DNA of 64,000 nucleotides from a plasmid. Below the pieces are notes generated by a model that worked only from the letters and a program-made list of their open reading frames with translations, ran no database searches and was not told the DNA's origin. Shown piece after piece: positions 12,913-23,165 of the stretch (its first letter is position 1; the number at the start of each line of letters is the position of its first letter). The stretch lies in the sequence record NZ_CP070571.1; one strand, written 5' to 3'. The translations under genes were made by a program, and so were the position numbers.

Positions 12913-13818
12913 ATGACCGTAGTCACGACCGCCGATACCTCCCAACTGTACGCACTTGCAGCCCGACATGGGCTCAAGCTCCATGGCCCGCTGACTGTCA
13001 ATGAGCTTGGGCTCGACTATAGGATCGTGATCGCCACCGTCGACGATGGACGTCGGTGGGTGCTGCGCATCCCGCGCCGAGCCGAGGTAAGCGCGAAGGT
13101 CGAACCAGAGGCGCGGGTGCTGGCAATGCTCAAGAATCGCCTGCCGTTCGCGGTGCCGGACTGGCGCGTGGCCAACGCCGAGCTCGTTGCCTATCCCATG
13201 CTCGAAGACTCGACTGCGATGGTCATCCAGCCTGGTTCGTCCACGCCCGACTGGGTCGTGCCGCAGGACTCGGAGGTCTTCGCGGAGAGCTTCGCGACCG
13301 CGCTCGCCGCCCTGCATGCCGTCCCCATTTCCGCCGCCGTGGATGCGGGGATGCTCATCCGTACACCGACGCAGGCCCGTCAGAAGGTGGCCGACGACGT
13401 TGACCGCGTCCGACGCGAGTTCGTGGTGAACGACAAGCGCCTCCACCGGTGGCAGCGCTGGCTCGACGACGATTCGTCGTGGCCAGATTTCTCCGTGGTG
13501 GTGCATGGCGATCTCTACGTGGGCCATGTGCTCATCGACAACACGGAGCGCGTCAGCGGGATGATCGACTGGAGCGAGGCCCGCGTTGATGACCCTGCCA
13601 TCGACATGGCCGCGCACCTTATGGTCTTTGGTGAAGAGGGGCTCGCGAAGCTCCTCCTCACGTATGAAGCGGCCGGTGGCCGGGTGTGGCCGCGGCTCGC
13701 CCACCACATCGCGGAGCGCCTTGCGTTCGGGGCGGTCACCTACGCACTCTTCGCCCTCGACTCGGGTAACGAAGAGTACCTCGCTGCGGCGAAGGCGCAG
13801 CTCGCCGCAGCGGAATGA
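12913..13818 (+). CDS. mph(A): macrolide 2'-phosphotransferase Mph(A), 301 aa
   Basis: MTVVTTADTSQLYALAARHGLKLHGPLTVNELGLDYRIVIATVDDGRRWVLRIPRRAEV...HGDLYVGHVLID... APH-like kinase fold. Located in the canonical IS26-mph(A)-mrx-mphR-IS6100 module. Confidence 0.9.
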   Translation: MTVVTTADTSQLYALAARHGLKLHGPLTVNELGLDYRIVIATVDDGRRWVLRIPRRAEVSAKVEPEARVLAMLKNRLPFAVPDWRVANAELVAYPMLEDSTAMVIQPGSSTPDWVVPQDSEVFAESFATALAALHAVPISAAVDAGMLIRTPTQARQKVADDVDRVRREFVVNDKRLHRWQRWLDDDSSWPDFSVVVHGDLYVGHVLIDNTERVSGMIDWSEARVDDPAIDMAAHLMVFGEEGLAKLLLTYEAAGGRVWPRLAHHIAERLAFGAVTYALFALDSGNEEYLAAAKAQLAAAE

Positions 13819-15053
13819 GCGAACGTCGATATAGCCCGCTCGCGACGCTGTTCGCGGCGACCTTTCTCTTCCGGATCGGCAACGCGGTGGCGGCCCTCGC
13901 GCTTCCATGGTTCGTCCTGTCTCATACAAAGAGCGCGGCCTGGGCGGGCGCCACGGCCGCTAGCAGCGTCATCGCGACCATCATCGGCGCGTGGGTTGGT
14001 GGTGGCCTCGTCGATCGGTTCGGGCGCGCGCCCGTCGCATTGATCTCGGGTGTGGTGGGCGGCGTGGCCATGGCGAGCATCCCACTGCTCGATGCCGTTG
14101 GCGCCCTCTCGAACACTGGGCTGATCGCTTGCGTGGTGCTCGGTGCCGCGTTCGACGCACCCGGTATGGCCGCGCAGGACAGTGAGCTGCCCAAACTCGG
14201 CCACGTCGCCGGGCTCTCCGTTGAGCGCGTCTCGTCACTGAAAGCGGTGATCGGGAACGTCGCGATTCTAGGTGGCCCGGCCCTTGGGGGGGCCGCAATC
14301 GGCCTGCTTGGCGCTGCGCCAACGCTCGGGCTGACGGCGTTCTGCTCCGTCCTTGCAGGTCTGCTCGGCGCGTGGGTGCTTCCCGCGCGTGCCGCTCGGA
14401 CGATGACCACGACGGCGACTCTCTCCATGCGCGCCGGCGTCGCTTTTCTCTGGAGCGAACCCCTGCTGCGCCCTCTCTTTGGTATAGTGATGATCTTCGT
14501 GGGCATCGTTGGCGCCAACGGCAGCGTCATCATGCCTGCGCTGTTTGTAGATGCAGGACGCCAAGTAGCAGAGCTCGGGCTGTTCTCCTCAATGATGGGG
14601 GCTGGTGGTCTCCTTGGCATTGCCATTCATGCGTCGGTCGGCGCCCGGATATCAGCGCAGAACTGGCTGGCGGTGGCATTTTGTGGCTCTGCGGTGGGCT
14701 CGCTTCTGCTTTCACAGTTGCCAGGCGTGCCGGTGCTGATGTTGTTGGGCGCGCTCGTGGGACTGCTGACCGGCTCAGTCTCTCCCATTCTCAACGCTGC
14801 CATCTACAACCGCACGCCGCCAGAACTTCTCGGCCGGGTACTCGGCACGGTCTCGGCGGTGATGCTGTCAGCCTCGCCCATGGTTATGCTTGCGGCCGGC
14901 GCGTTTGTCGACCTTGCTGGTCCGCTCCCTGGCCTCGTTGTATCGGCCGTGTTTGCGGGGCTCGTGGCTCTACTCTCGCTCCGTCTTCAATTTGCTACAA
15001 TGGCGGCGGCAGCCACAGCCTCCGCCCCAACCCATACAGAAGGTGAACACTGA
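13815..15053 (+). CDS. mrx: MFS transporter Mrx(A), 412 aa
   Basis: Polytopic membrane protein between mph(A) and mphR(A). Start overlaps the mph(A) stop. Confidence 0.85.
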   Translation: MSERRYSPLATLFAATFLFRIGNAVAALALPWFVLSHTKSAAWAGATAASSVIATIIGAWVGGGLVDRFGRAPVALISGVVGGVAMASIPLLDAVGALSNTGLIACVVLGAAFDAPGMAAQDSELPKLGHVAGLSVERVSSLKAVIGNVAILGGPALGGAAIGLLGAAPTLGLTAFCSVLAGLLGAWVLPARAARTMTTTATLSMRAGVAFLWSEPLLRPLFGIVMIFVGIVGANGSVIMPALFVDAGRQVAELGLFSSMMGAGGLLGIAIHASVGARISAQNWLAVAFCGSAVGSLLLSQLPGVPVLMLLGALVGLLTGSVSPILNAAIYNRTPPELLGRVLGTVSAVMLSASPMVMLAAGAFVDLAGPLPGLVVSAVFAGLVALLSLRLQFATMAAAATASAPTHTEGEH

Positions 15054-15637
15054 TGCCCCGCCCCAAGCTCAAGTCCGATGACGAGGTACTCGAGGCCGCC
15101 ACCGTAGTGCTGAAGCGTTGCGGTCCCATAGAGTTCACGCTCAGCGGAGTAGCAAAGGAGGTGGGGCTCTCCCGCGCAGCGTTAATCCAGCGCTTCACCA
15201 ACCGCGATACGCTGCTGGTGAGGATGATGGAGCGCGGCGTCGAGCAGGTGCGGCATTACCTGAATGCGATACCGATAGGCGCAGGGCCGCAAGGGCTCTG
15301 GGAATTTTTGCAGGTGCTCGTTCGGAGCATGAACACTCGCAACGACTTCTCGGTGAACTATCTCATCTCCTGGTACGAGCTCCAGGTGCCGGAGCTACGC
15401 ACGCTTGCGATCCAGCGGAACCGCGCGGTGGTGGAGGGGATCCGCAAGCGACTGCCCCCAGGTGCTCCTGCGGCAGCTGAGTTGCTCCTGCACTCGGTCA
15501 TCGCTGGCGCGACGATGCAGTGGGCCGTCGATCCGGATGGTGAGCTAGCTGATCATGTGCTGGCTCAGATCGCTGCCATCCTGTGTTTAATGTTTCCCGA
15601 ACACGACGATTTCCAACTCCTCCAGGCACATGCGTAA
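15053..15637 (+). CDS. mphR(A): TetR-family repressor MphR(A), 194 aa
   Basis: N-terminal TetR HTH (FTLSGVAKEVGLSRAALIQRFTNRDTLL). Position matches the known module. Confidence 0.85.
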   Translation: MPRPKLKSDDEVLEAATVVLKRCGPIEFTLSGVAKEVGLSRAALIQRFTNRDTLLVRMMERGVEQVRHYLNAIPIGAGPQGLWEFLQVLVRSMNTRNDFSVNYLISWYELQVPELRTLAIQRNRAVVEGIRKRLPPGAPAAAELLLHSVIAGATMQWAVDPDGELADHVLAQIAAILCLMFPEHDDFQLLQAHA

Positions 15638-16075
15638 ACGGAGGTGTGCAGAGTCCCTGCGGCAGGCGACGAACACGACCGTCGTCGATTAGTACCGGTA
15701 CGGTCGGTGGTATCGAAGTCTTGATCACCACTCAGGTCTACGGCTTACAAATGGTGACCATCCCGATACTTGCGTCAGAGCACCGGGCCGATTCTTTGAC
15801 AGTGAATCACTCCCGTAAGGTTGTGCCGGTGTGGGTGTCCCGGGTCGAGACGATACTCCGCCAATGCGCCCAGCAAACAACCTGGCCATCGCAGGTGGTG
15901 GGGAGCGGTGTGGCGGATGAGTTGGACAAGTTGGTGTAGCAGCACGAGCACGGCGAGATAACATCGCAGGAGTTCGACATGCTCAAGAGACAGCTGATTG
16001 CGAATCGCGATGCAGATTCATAACCCGATTGCGGGTTGGCTTCACTCCACCATCACCGAGCAGACTAGCACGGCG

Positions 16076-16955
16076 GGCTCTGTTGCAAAGATTGGCGGCA
16101 GTCAGAGGTAGGCTGTCGCTCTGCGCCGATCAGGCGGCTGCTGCGAAATGGTGGTTGAGCATGCCCATGGCCTCCGTCAGCGCCGAGGGCCCAATGCCAA
16201 AAGCTCTCTCCACAAGGCGCACCTCGCCCCTGATGCCGGGCTGCAGGCACCAGGGGCGAGCCTGTCCTTTGCGCAGGGCTCGCATGACTTCGAATCCCTT
16301 GATCGTGGCATAGGCCGTGGGGATCGATTTGAAACCGCGCACCGGCTTGATCAGTATCTTGAGCTTTCCGTGATCGGCCTCGATCACGTTATTGAGATAC
16401 TTCACCTGCCGGTGGGCCGTCTCCCGGTCCAGCTTTCCTTCGCGCTTCAATTCGGTGATCGCTGCACCATAGCTCGGCGCTTTGTCGGTATTGAGCGTGG
16501 CAGGCTTTTCCCAGTGCTTCAGGCCTCGCAGGGCCTTGCCCAGGAACCGCTTCGCTGCCTTGGCGCTGCGGGTCGGCGACAGGTAGAAATCGATCGTGTC
16601 GCCCCGCTTGTCGACTGCCCGGTACAGGTAGGTCCACTTGCCCCGCACCTTGACGTAGGTTTCATCCAGGCGCCAGCTCGGATCAAAGCCACGCCGCCAG
16701 AACCAGCGCAGCCGCTTCTCCATCTCCGGGGCGTAGCACTGGACCCAGCGATAGATCGTCGTATGGTCGACCGAAATGCCGCGTTCCGCCAGCATTTCCT
16801 CAAGGTCGCGATAGCTGATCGGATAGCGACAATACCAGCGCACCGCCCACAGGATCACATCACCCTGGAAATGGCGCCACTTGAAATCCGTCATCGTTCC
16901 GTCCGTCCAATCTCCGCCAAGCATGCTCAAGCTTCACGATTTTTGCAACAGAGCC
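16076..16955 (-). mobile_element. IS6100 (IS6 family), 880 bp
   Basis: 14-bp IRs GGCTCTGTTGCAAA at 16076 and its complement at 16942-16955. Length is exactly 880 bp. Confidence 0.9.
16130..16930 (-). CDS. IS6100 transposase
   Basis: ...MTDFKWRHFQGDVILWAVRWYCRYPISYRDLEEMLAERGISVDHTTIYRWVQCYAPEMEKRLRWFWRRGFDPSWRLDETYVKV... is the IS6-family DDE transposase, distinct from Tnp26. Confidence 0.9.
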   Translation of the reverse strand: MSMLGGDWTDGTMTDFKWRHFQGDVILWAVRWYCRYPISYRDLEEMLAERGISVDHTTIYRWVQCYAPEMEKRLRWFWRRGFDPSWRLDETYVKVRGKWTYLYRAVDKRGDTIDFYLSPTRSAKAAKRFLGKALRGLKHWEKPATLNTDKAPSYGAAITELKREGKLDRETAHRQVKYLNNVIEADHGKLKILIKPVRGFKSIPTAYATIKGFEVMRALRKGQARPWCLQPGIRGEVRLVERAFGIGPSALTEAMGMLNHHFAAAA

Positions 16956-17053
16956 CACACGAGTATTGAGCATAGTCGAGATTGGTGCAGATCACTTCTG
17001 ATATTGAACTGTCAGGAGCTGGCTGCACAACAGCCATTACGCCCAATCAACTG

Positions 17054-17078
17054 GTGCAGTCGTCTTCTGAAAATGACA
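17054..17078. repeat. class 1 integron IRt (25 bp)
   Basis: GTGCAGTCGTCTTCTGAAAATGACA is the reverse complement of TGTCATTTTCAGAAGACGACTGCAC. Lies ~100 bp from IS6100 as in In4-type 3' ends. Confidence 0.8.
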
Positions 17079-17120
17079 ATCCAGTTAGGGTATAGCTCAA
17101 CCTGACATAGAAGCAAAAAC

Positions 17121-17426
17121 TCAACCACCTTCTACCAACTCTCCGAACAGCTCCTTGACCTTTGTTTTCGCATCAGCAAGTGCAGTTCTGCCTTGTTCAG
17201 TGATGTCATAAACACGCCGTTCACGTCGCCCGGTGCGTTCGTGGCGTGAGGTCAGATAGCCTTTTTTTTCCAGGCCGTGCAGCATCGGGTACACGGTGCC
17301 AGCGCTCATCTCGTAGCCGTGTCGGCGTAGCTCTTCGATGATCCCCAGCCCAAAGACAGGTTCCTCGGCTGCATGGTGAAGGATGTGCAGGCGGATCAAA
17401 CCGCCGTAGAGGTCTTTGTCAGTCAT
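17121..17426 (-). CDS. padR: PadR-family transcriptional regulator (101 aa), the orf98 partner of chrA
   Basis: MTDKDLYGGLIRLHILHHAAEEPVFGLGIIEELRRHGYEMSAGTVYPMLHGLEKKGYLTS is the PadR winged-helix signature. Confidence 0.8.
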   Translation of the reverse strand: MTDKDLYGGLIRLHILHHAAEEPVFGLGIIEELRRHGYEMSAGTVYPMLHGLEKKGYLTSRHERTGRRERRVYDITEQGRTALADAKTKVKELFGELVEGG

Positions 17427-17436
17427 TTTTTGTGCC

Positions 17437-18642
17437 TCACAGAGCGACGCTCAACAGCCACCCAGCTGCACCGCTACCGAGGACAACCAGCCACGGCGGG
17501 AGCTTCCAGAACATAAGTGCGACAAGGGCAACTAATGCCAAGCCGAAGTCTTGCGGCTGAAAGATGGCGCTAGTCCATACAGGCTGATACAGCGCGGCCA
17601 GCAGCAAGCCGACTACAGCGGCATTGATCCCGGCCAGCGCAGCTTGGATGCCTGTATTGCGGCGCAAACGCTCCCAAAATGGCATTGATCCGACGACCAG
17701 CAAGAACGAGGGCGCGAAGATAGCCAGCAGACACACAATGCCGCCGATCCAGCCCGACGGGGCGGTGTTCATCGAGGCACCAAGAAACGCGGCGAACGTG
17801 AACAAAGGGCCGGGCACCGCTTGAGCTGCCCCGTACCCCGCGAGAAAGGATTCATTGTTGACCCAGCCGGAGGGCACCACTTCGGCTTGCAGTAATGGCA
17901 GCACAACGTGACCACCGCCGAACACCAGTGATCCGACACGATAGAAGGAATCCACCATTGCCATGGTTTGACTTGGCATCAGTTCGGCCAACACCGGCAG
18001 GCCAATCAGCAAGACAAAGAACAGCGAGAGCCAAAGCACGCCGGCCCGGTGACTGACCGTGATAGGTAGGGGGTCATGCTCAACAACTTTCGCTGGCTTG
18101 AACAATAACCGGCCTGCGATGCCTGCGATAGCAATCACGCCAACCTGTCCCCACGCGGACGGCACAAGTAAAACGACGCAGGTAGCAATTGCCATGATGG
18201 TGACTCGCAGCCCATCCGTGCATAGGTTACGCGCCATGCCCCATACTGCTTGAGCGACCACGGCCACAGCCACCACTTTTAAGCCATGCAACGCGCCCTG
18301 CGAGACGTAATCGCCATAGCTGGAGATGCCGAGCGCAAAAAGGATCAAGGCTATGGCAGACGGCAGCGTGAAGCCAGCCCAAGCAGCCAGCGCCCCGCTG
18401 TATCCAGCCCGAGACAGTCCTACCGCTATGCCGACCTGGCTGCTTGCAGGCCCTGGCAAGAACTGACAAAGCGCGACCAAGTCAGCATAGCTCCGTTCGG
18501 AGAGCCAGCGCCGCCGTGTGACAAATTCGGCGCGGAAGTAGCCCAAGTGCGCAATGGGGCCGCCAAAAGATGTCAATCCAAGCCGCAGAAAAATAAGAAA
18601 GACCGACCATGGTCTGCTGTCATCGGTAGGGTTATTCGTCAT
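17437..18642 (-). CDS. chrA: chromate efflux transporter ChrA (401 aa)
   Basis: CHR-family duplicated membrane domains. N-terminus MTNNPTDDSRPWSVFLIFLRLGLTSFGGPIAHLGYFRAEFV. Confidence 0.85.
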   Translation of the reverse strand: MTNNPTDDSRPWSVFLIFLRLGLTSFGGPIAHLGYFRAEFVTRRRWLSERSYADLVALCQFLPGPASSQVGIAVGLSRAGYSGALAAWAGFTLPSAIALILFALGISSYGDYVSQGALHGLKVVAVAVVAQAVWGMARNLCTDGLRVTIMAIATCVVLLVPSAWGQVGVIAIAGIAGRLLFKPAKVVEHDPLPITVSHRAGVLWLSLFFVLLIGLPVLAELMPSQTMAMVDSFYRVGSLVFGGGHVVLPLLQAEVVPSGWVNNESFLAGYGAAQAVPGPLFTFAAFLGASMNTAPSGWIGGIVCLLAIFAPSFLLVVGSMPFWERLRRNTGIQAALAGINAAVVGLLLAALYQPVWTSAIFQPQDFGLALVALVALMFWKLPPWLVVLGSGAAGWLLSVAL

Positions 18643-18786
18643 ACTTTCGCCTTCATGATCTGCAACGAGTTGATCAATAATAAGCGAAATTCGATAACGA
18701 AATTCGATATAAATCTAGAAAAAAATACCTCTATGTGTACTACGCAGTTTTAGCTGTGGCTTTCACAGGAGCACGCTTACTTACGG

Positions 18787-18803
18787 CTTAGCGTGCTTTA
18801 TTT
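18787..18803. repeat. outer 17 bp of a Tn21-family 38-bp terminal IR, split by IS5075
   Basis: CTTAGCGTGCTTTATTT. Joined to 20132-20152 it reconstitutes CTTAGCGTGCTTTATTTTCCGTTTTCTGAGGCGATCCC, about 2 mismatches from the Tn21 IR. Confidence 0.7.
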
Positions 18804-20131
18804 AATGAGATGGTCACTCCCTCCTTCCCAGTACTATGCTGAGGACAGGCTTTCATTCGGAGAACCATCATGGAAAACATTGCGCTTATTGGTATCGATC
18901 TGGGTAAGAACTCTTTCCATATTCATTGTCAGGATCATCGTGGGAAGGCCGTTTACCGTAAAAAATTCACCCGACCAAAGCTAATCGAATTTCTGGCGAC
19001 ATGCCCGGCAACAACCATCGCGATGGAAGCCTGTGGCGGTTCTCACTTTATGGCACGCAAGCTGGAAGAGTTAGGGCATTTTCCAAAGCTGATATCACCG
19101 CAATTTGTCCGCCCATTCGTTAAAAGCAACAAAAATGACTTCGTTGATGCTGAAGCTATCTGTGAAGCAGCATCACGTCCATCTATGCGTTTCGTGCAGC
19201 CCAGAACCGAATCTCAGCAGGCAATGCGAGCTCTGCATCGTGTCCGTGAATCCCTGGTTCAGGATAAGGTGAAAACAACTAATCAGATGCATGCTTTTCT
19301 GCTGGAATTTGGTATCAGCGTTCCGCGAGGTGCTGCCGTTATTAGTCGACTGAGTACCCTTCTTGAGGACAGTAGTTTGCCTCTTTATCTCAGCCAGTTA
19401 CTGCTGAAATTACAACAGCATTATCACTATCTTGTTGAGCAGATTAAAGATCTGGAATCTCAGTTGAAACGAAAGTTGGACGAAGATGAGGTTGGACAGC
19501 GCTTGCTGAGTATTCCCTGCGTTGGAACGCTGACTGCCAGTACTATTTCAACTGAGATTGGCGACGGGAAGCAGTACGCCAGCAGCCGTGACTTTGCGGC
19601 GGCAACAGGGCTGGTACCCCGACAGTACAGCACGGGAGGTCGGACGACATTGTTAGGGATTAGCAAGCGGGGCAACAAAAAGATCCGAACTTTGTTGGTT
19701 CAGTGTGCCAGGGTATTCATACAAAAACTGGAACACCAGTCTGGCAAGTTGGCCGACTGGGTCAGGGAGTTGTTGTGTCGGAAAAGCAACTTTGTCGTCA
19801 CCTGTGCTCTGGCAAACAAGCTGGCCAGAATAGCCTGGGCACTGACGGCGCGACAGCAAACTTACGAAGCATAAAGGCAGAAATACACCAGTTTAAACAA
19901 TCATTCATCTGGTTTTGCGAATACTGATATTGATGATACTAACGGCCCACCGGCCTGTTGAGGAACCTGTAAAACGGAAAGGCTCATTGAAGCCGTATAT
20001 TTTCTGGAGGTTCATCAGGCGCGGAACTCATCGAGGCGCGGGAATAAAATCCCATTCAGACGCCGGATAGATTCAAGCAAGCCAACTTGTCGTCAAAATC
20101 GGTGTTGCAAAAACGGGAGTGACCATAGATT
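18804..20131 (+). mobile_element. IS5075/IS4321-type IS110-family element (~1,328 bp) inserted at its preferred site in a Tn21-family IR
   Basis: Single 334-aa IS110-family transposase, no terminal IRs, and a precise split of the 38-bp IR at the position characteristic of IS4321/IS5075. Confidence 0.75.
18870..19874 (+). CDS. IS5075/IS4321 transposase (IS110 family), 334 aa
   Basis: MENIALIGIDLGKNSFHIHCQDHRGKAVYRKKFTRPKLIEFLATCPATTIAMEACGGSHF... N-terminal DEDD RuvC-like motif typical of the IS110 family. Confidence 0.8.
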   Translation: MENIALIGIDLGKNSFHIHCQDHRGKAVYRKKFTRPKLIEFLATCPATTIAMEACGGSHFMARKLEELGHFPKLISPQFVRPFVKSNKNDFVDAEAICEAASRPSMRFVQPRTESQQAMRALHRVRESLVQDKVKTTNQMHAFLLEFGISVPRGAAVISRLSTLLEDSSLPLYLSQLLLKLQQHYHYLVEQIKDLESQLKRKLDEDEVGQRLLSIPCVGTLTASTISTEIGDGKQYASSRDFAAATGLVPRQYSTGGRTTLLGISKRGNKKIRTLLVQCARVFIQKLEHQSGKLADWVRELLCRKSNFVVTCALANKLARIAWALTARQQTYEA

Positions 20132-20152
20132 CCGTTTTCTGAGGCGATCCCT
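20132..20152. repeat. inner 21 bp of the split Tn21-family IR
   Basis: TCCGTTTTCTGAGGCGATCCC, directly abutting the orf5 remnant. Confidence 0.7.
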
Positions 20153-20328
20153 AGGAGCTCGGATCTCAGGACGAAGGTCTCCGCGAATGTCCGGTCGATC
20201 CGCGCGACGTCCCAGGCGGGCGTTCCCTTGGCGGACATCCACGCCGCAGCGTCGTGCATCAGCCGCACAACCTCGTCGATATCACCCGAGCAGGCGACCC
20301 GAACGTTCGGAGGCTCCTCGCTGTCCAT
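20153..20328 (-). pseudogene. orf5: orf5 of the 3'-CS (putative GNAT), first ~56 codons only
   Basis: MDSEEPPNVRVACSGDIDEVVRLMHDAAAWMSAKGTPAWDVARIDRTFAETFVLRSELL, then reading continues into the IR/IS5075 end. The track ORF 20056-20328 is a chimera. Confidence 0.8.
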
Positions 20329-20455
20329 TCGCTCCCCTGGCGCGGTATGAACCGCCGCCTCATAGTGCAGTTTGATCCTGACGAGCCCAGCATGTCTGCG
20401 CCCACCTTCGCGGAACCTGACCAGGGTCCGCTAGCGGGCGGCCGGAAGGTGAATG

Positions 20456-21295
20456 CTAGGCATGATCTAACCCTCGGTCTCTGGCGTCGCGACTGCGAAA
20501 TTTCGCGAGGGTTTCCGAGAAGGTGATTGCGCTTCGCAGATCTCCAGGCGCGTGGGTGCGGACGTAGTCAGCGCCATTGCCGATCGCGTGAAGTTCCGCC
20601 GCAAGGCTCGCTGGACCCAGATCCTTTACAGGAAGGCCAACGGTGGCGCCCAAGAAGGATTTCCGCGACACCGAGACCAATAGCGGAAGCCCCAACGCCG
20701 ACTTCAGCTTTTGAAGGTTCGACAGCACGTGCAGCGATGTTTCCGGTGCGGGGCTCAAGAAAAATCCCATCCCCGGATCGAGGATGAGCCGGTCGGCAGC
20801 GACCCCGCTCCGTCGCAAGGCGGAAACCCGCGCCTCGAAGAACCGCACAATCTCGTCGAGCGCGTCTTCGGGTCGAAGGTGACCGGTGCGGGTGGCGATG
20901 CCATCCCGCTGCGCTGAGTGCATAACCACCAGCCTGCAGTCCGCCTCAGCAATATCGGGATAGAGCGCAGGGTCAGGAAATCCTTGGATATCGTTCAGGT
21001 AGCCCACGCCGCGCTTGAGCGCATAGCGCTGGGTTTCCGGTTGGAAGCTGTCGATTGAAACACGGTGCATCTGATCGGACAGGGCGTCTAAGAGCGGCGC
21101 AATACGTCTGATCTCATCGGCCGGCGATACAGGCCTCGCGTCCGGATGGCTGGCGGCCGGTCCGACATCCACGACGTCTGATCCGACTCGCAGCATTTCG
21201 ATCGCCGCGGTGACAGCGCCGGCGGGGTCTAGCCGCCGGCTCTCATCGAAGAAGGAGTCCTCGGTGAGATTCAGAATGCCGAACACCGTCACCAT
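20456..21295 (-). CDS. sul1: sulfonamide-resistant dihydropteroate synthase Sul1 (279 aa)
   Basis: [74 protein letters not shown]... Start chosen at MVTV, internal to the longer track ORF. Confidence 0.95.
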   Translation of the reverse strand: MVTVFGILNLTEDSFFDESRRLDPAGAVTAAIEMLRVGSDVVDVGPAASHPDARPVSPADEIRRIAPLLDALSDQMHRVSIDSFQPETQRYALKRGVGYLNDIQGFPDPALYPDIAEADCRLVVMHSAQRDGIATRTGHLRPEDALDEIVRFFEARVSALRRSGVAADRLILDPGMGFFLSPAPETSLHVLSNLQKLKSALGLPLLVSVSRKSFLGATVGLPVKDLGPASLAAELHAIGNGADYVRTHAPGDLRSAITFSETLAKFRSRDARDRGLDHA

Positions 21296-21636
21296 GGCGT
21301 CGGCCTCCGCAGCGACTTCCACGATGGGGATCGGGCGAGCAAAAAGGCAGCAATTATGAGCCCCATACCTACAAAGCCCCACGCATCAAGCTTTTGCCCA
21401 TGAAGCAACCAGGCAATGGCTGTAATTATGACGACGCCGAGTCCCGACCAGACTGCATAAGCAACACCGACAGGGATGGATTTCAGAACCAGAGAAAGAA
21501 AATAAAATGCGATGCCATAACCGATTATGACAACGGCGGAAGGGGCAAGCTTAGTAAAGCCCTCGCTAGATTTTAATGCGGATGTTGCGATTACTTCGCC
21601 AACTATTGCGATAACAAGAAAAAGCCAGCCTTTCAT
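21289..21636 (-). CDS. qacEdelta1: QacEdelta1 SMR efflux protein (115 aa)
   Basis: [115 protein letters not shown]. Its 3' end overlaps the sul1 start as in the 3'-CS. Confidence 0.95.
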   Translation of the reverse strand: MKGWLFLVIAIVGEVIATSALKSSEGFTKLAPSAVVIIGYGIAFYFLSLVLKSIPVGVAYAVWSGLGVVIITAIAWLLHGQKLDAWGFVGMGLIIAAFLLARSPSWKSLRRPTPW

Positions 21637-21858
21637 GATATATCTCCCAATTTGTGTAGGGCTTATTATGCACGCTTAAAAATAATAAAAGCAGACTTGA
21701 CCTGATAGTTTGGCTGTGAGCAATTATGTGCTTAGTGCATCTAACGCCGCCATAAACGGCGACAGGGTGGCGCGCCTATTGCGCATAAAATGGCGAAGCC
21801 ATGCGCAACAGGCGCGGAATCTCTGGCGTCCGGTTTGATGGCTTTGTTATGCAAAGGA

Positions 21859-22311
21859 CTAGTCTTCAATGACGTGTAAACCACGGCGCTTTAAGTCCTC
21901 CAACGAATCCAACATTCCCCTTATTAATTCAACAGGATGCCCCTCCCAGTCTTCAACAACGCCAACAATTCTCAAGGGTTCGCAGGTTCTATAGGACTGT
22001 GTTGGATTACCGGGAAATCTTTTGTTCGTAAGATTCGGATCGTCTTCGAACGGTCCTGTTGGCTCAACTATGTATATGTAGCCGCGACCCTCGAGGCCAG
22101 ACAGTGACATAGCAAGTTCAGCTCCCCAAACTGCTGGCTCCATCAAGGCTGAAAAGTAGATGTGCTTAAGAATACGACCGTCCTCGAAATGAGAGATGAA
22201 CCCTGTGGTTAGCAAGTCACCAATCGCCAAATTGGCTTTGGTTCCATGATAGAACGGTCCTTGCACCTGCTTGTAATTATCATGAGAGATGGGAATCCAA
22301 TCTTTTACCAT
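21859..22311 (-). CDS. arr-3: rifampin ADP-ribosyltransferase Arr-3 (150 aa)
   Basis: MVKDWIPISHDNYKQVQGPFYHGTKANLAIGDLLTTGFISHFEDGRILKHIYFSALMEPAVWGAELAMSLSGLEGRGYIYIVEPTGPFEDDPNLTNKRFPGNPTQSYRTCEPLRIVGVVEDWEGHPVELIRGMLDSLEDLKRRGLHVIED. Confidence 0.9.
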   Translation of the reverse strand: MVKDWIPISHDNYKQVQGPFYHGTKANLAIGDLLTTGFISHFEDGRILKHIYFSALMEPAVWGAELAMSLSGLEGRGYIYIVEPTGPFEDDPNLTNKRFPGNPTQSYRTCEPLRIVGVVEDWEGHPVELIRGMLDSLEDLKRRGLHVIED

Positions 22312-22395
22312 TTTAAGACCCTTAATTGTTGGGATTTGGCTGCATAACGCCTGAAATAAGCCGTGCCGCGAAGCGGCATCGGCTTGATTGAATTG

Positions 22396-23028
22396 TTAGA
22401 CGGCAAACTCGAGCCAATACTTGTGCAGGCCAACAATATTAGACGAGCACAGCATGGGCATTGCCGCTTTGATCTTCTCCAGTGACCAATTCCACCACTC
22501 CATCTCCAGAAGCAATGAAATTTCCTCATCGGTGAAGCGTTTCTTAATCTTCTTAGCGGGATTGCCGCCAACGATAGCGTAAGGCTCCACATCTTTTGTC
22601 ACCAACGAGCGGCTGCCTATCACCGCACCGTGCCCGATCTTGATTCCGGGCATGACCATTGCCTCAGAGCCGATCCAAACGTCATTGCCAATGACAGTAT
22701 TACCTGCTTTTTGGAAGGCATCGAGTGCGCTTGAGAATGCAGGTTCTTCCTGCATATAAAAGAACGGGAAAGATGATGCCCAGTCGTACCGATGCCCCTG
22801 ATTGCCAGCCATGATAAAGGAAGCCCCACTCCCGATAGAGCAGAAACTACCGATGATCAACTTATCAACGTCATCACGGTCCGGAAACAGATACCGTGCG
22901 CAGTCATCGAATGAGTGCCCATGATAGTAGCCAGAGTAATAGCTGTACCGCCCAACTTTGATATTGGGGTTCTTCACTTGCTCAGAAAGCAGCTTGCCTT
23001 TGAAGGGGCTATCAAAGTAGTTGGTCAT
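22396..23028 (-). CDS. catB3: xenobiotic (chloramphenicol) acetyltransferase CatB3 (210 aa)
   Basis: [90 protein letters not shown]... is a hexapeptide-repeat CatB protein. Confidence 0.95.
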   Translation of the reverse strand: MTNYFDSPFKGKLLSEQVKNPNIKVGRYSYYSGYYHGHSFDDCARYLFPDRDDVDKLIIGSFCSIGSGASFIMAGNQGHRYDWASSFPFFYMQEEPAFSSALDAFQKAGNTVIGNDVWIGSEAMVMPGIKIGHGAVIGSRSLVTKDVEPYAIVGGNPAKKIKKRFTDEEISLLLEMEWWNWSLEKIKAAMPMLCSSNIVGLHKYWLEFAV

Positions 23029-23165
23029 AAGAGATCCCGCGGTCTGTGACTTTGCCGTCTAACGTTTGAAATAAGGGGCGCCGAGCGCCAGCGAGGGGAG
23101 CCAAAAGCTTGCTTTTGGCCGTCCCGACTTGATTGAAGGGTTGGGCGATTTTGCCATTAGATTTT

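Noticed and set aside
20056-20328. 90-aa ORF annotated as a unit on the minus strand
   Set aside because: It is a chimera: the first ~56 codons are orf5 of the 3'-CS; the rest reads through the 38-bp IR into the IS5075 end. It is treated as a truncated orf5 pseudogene.
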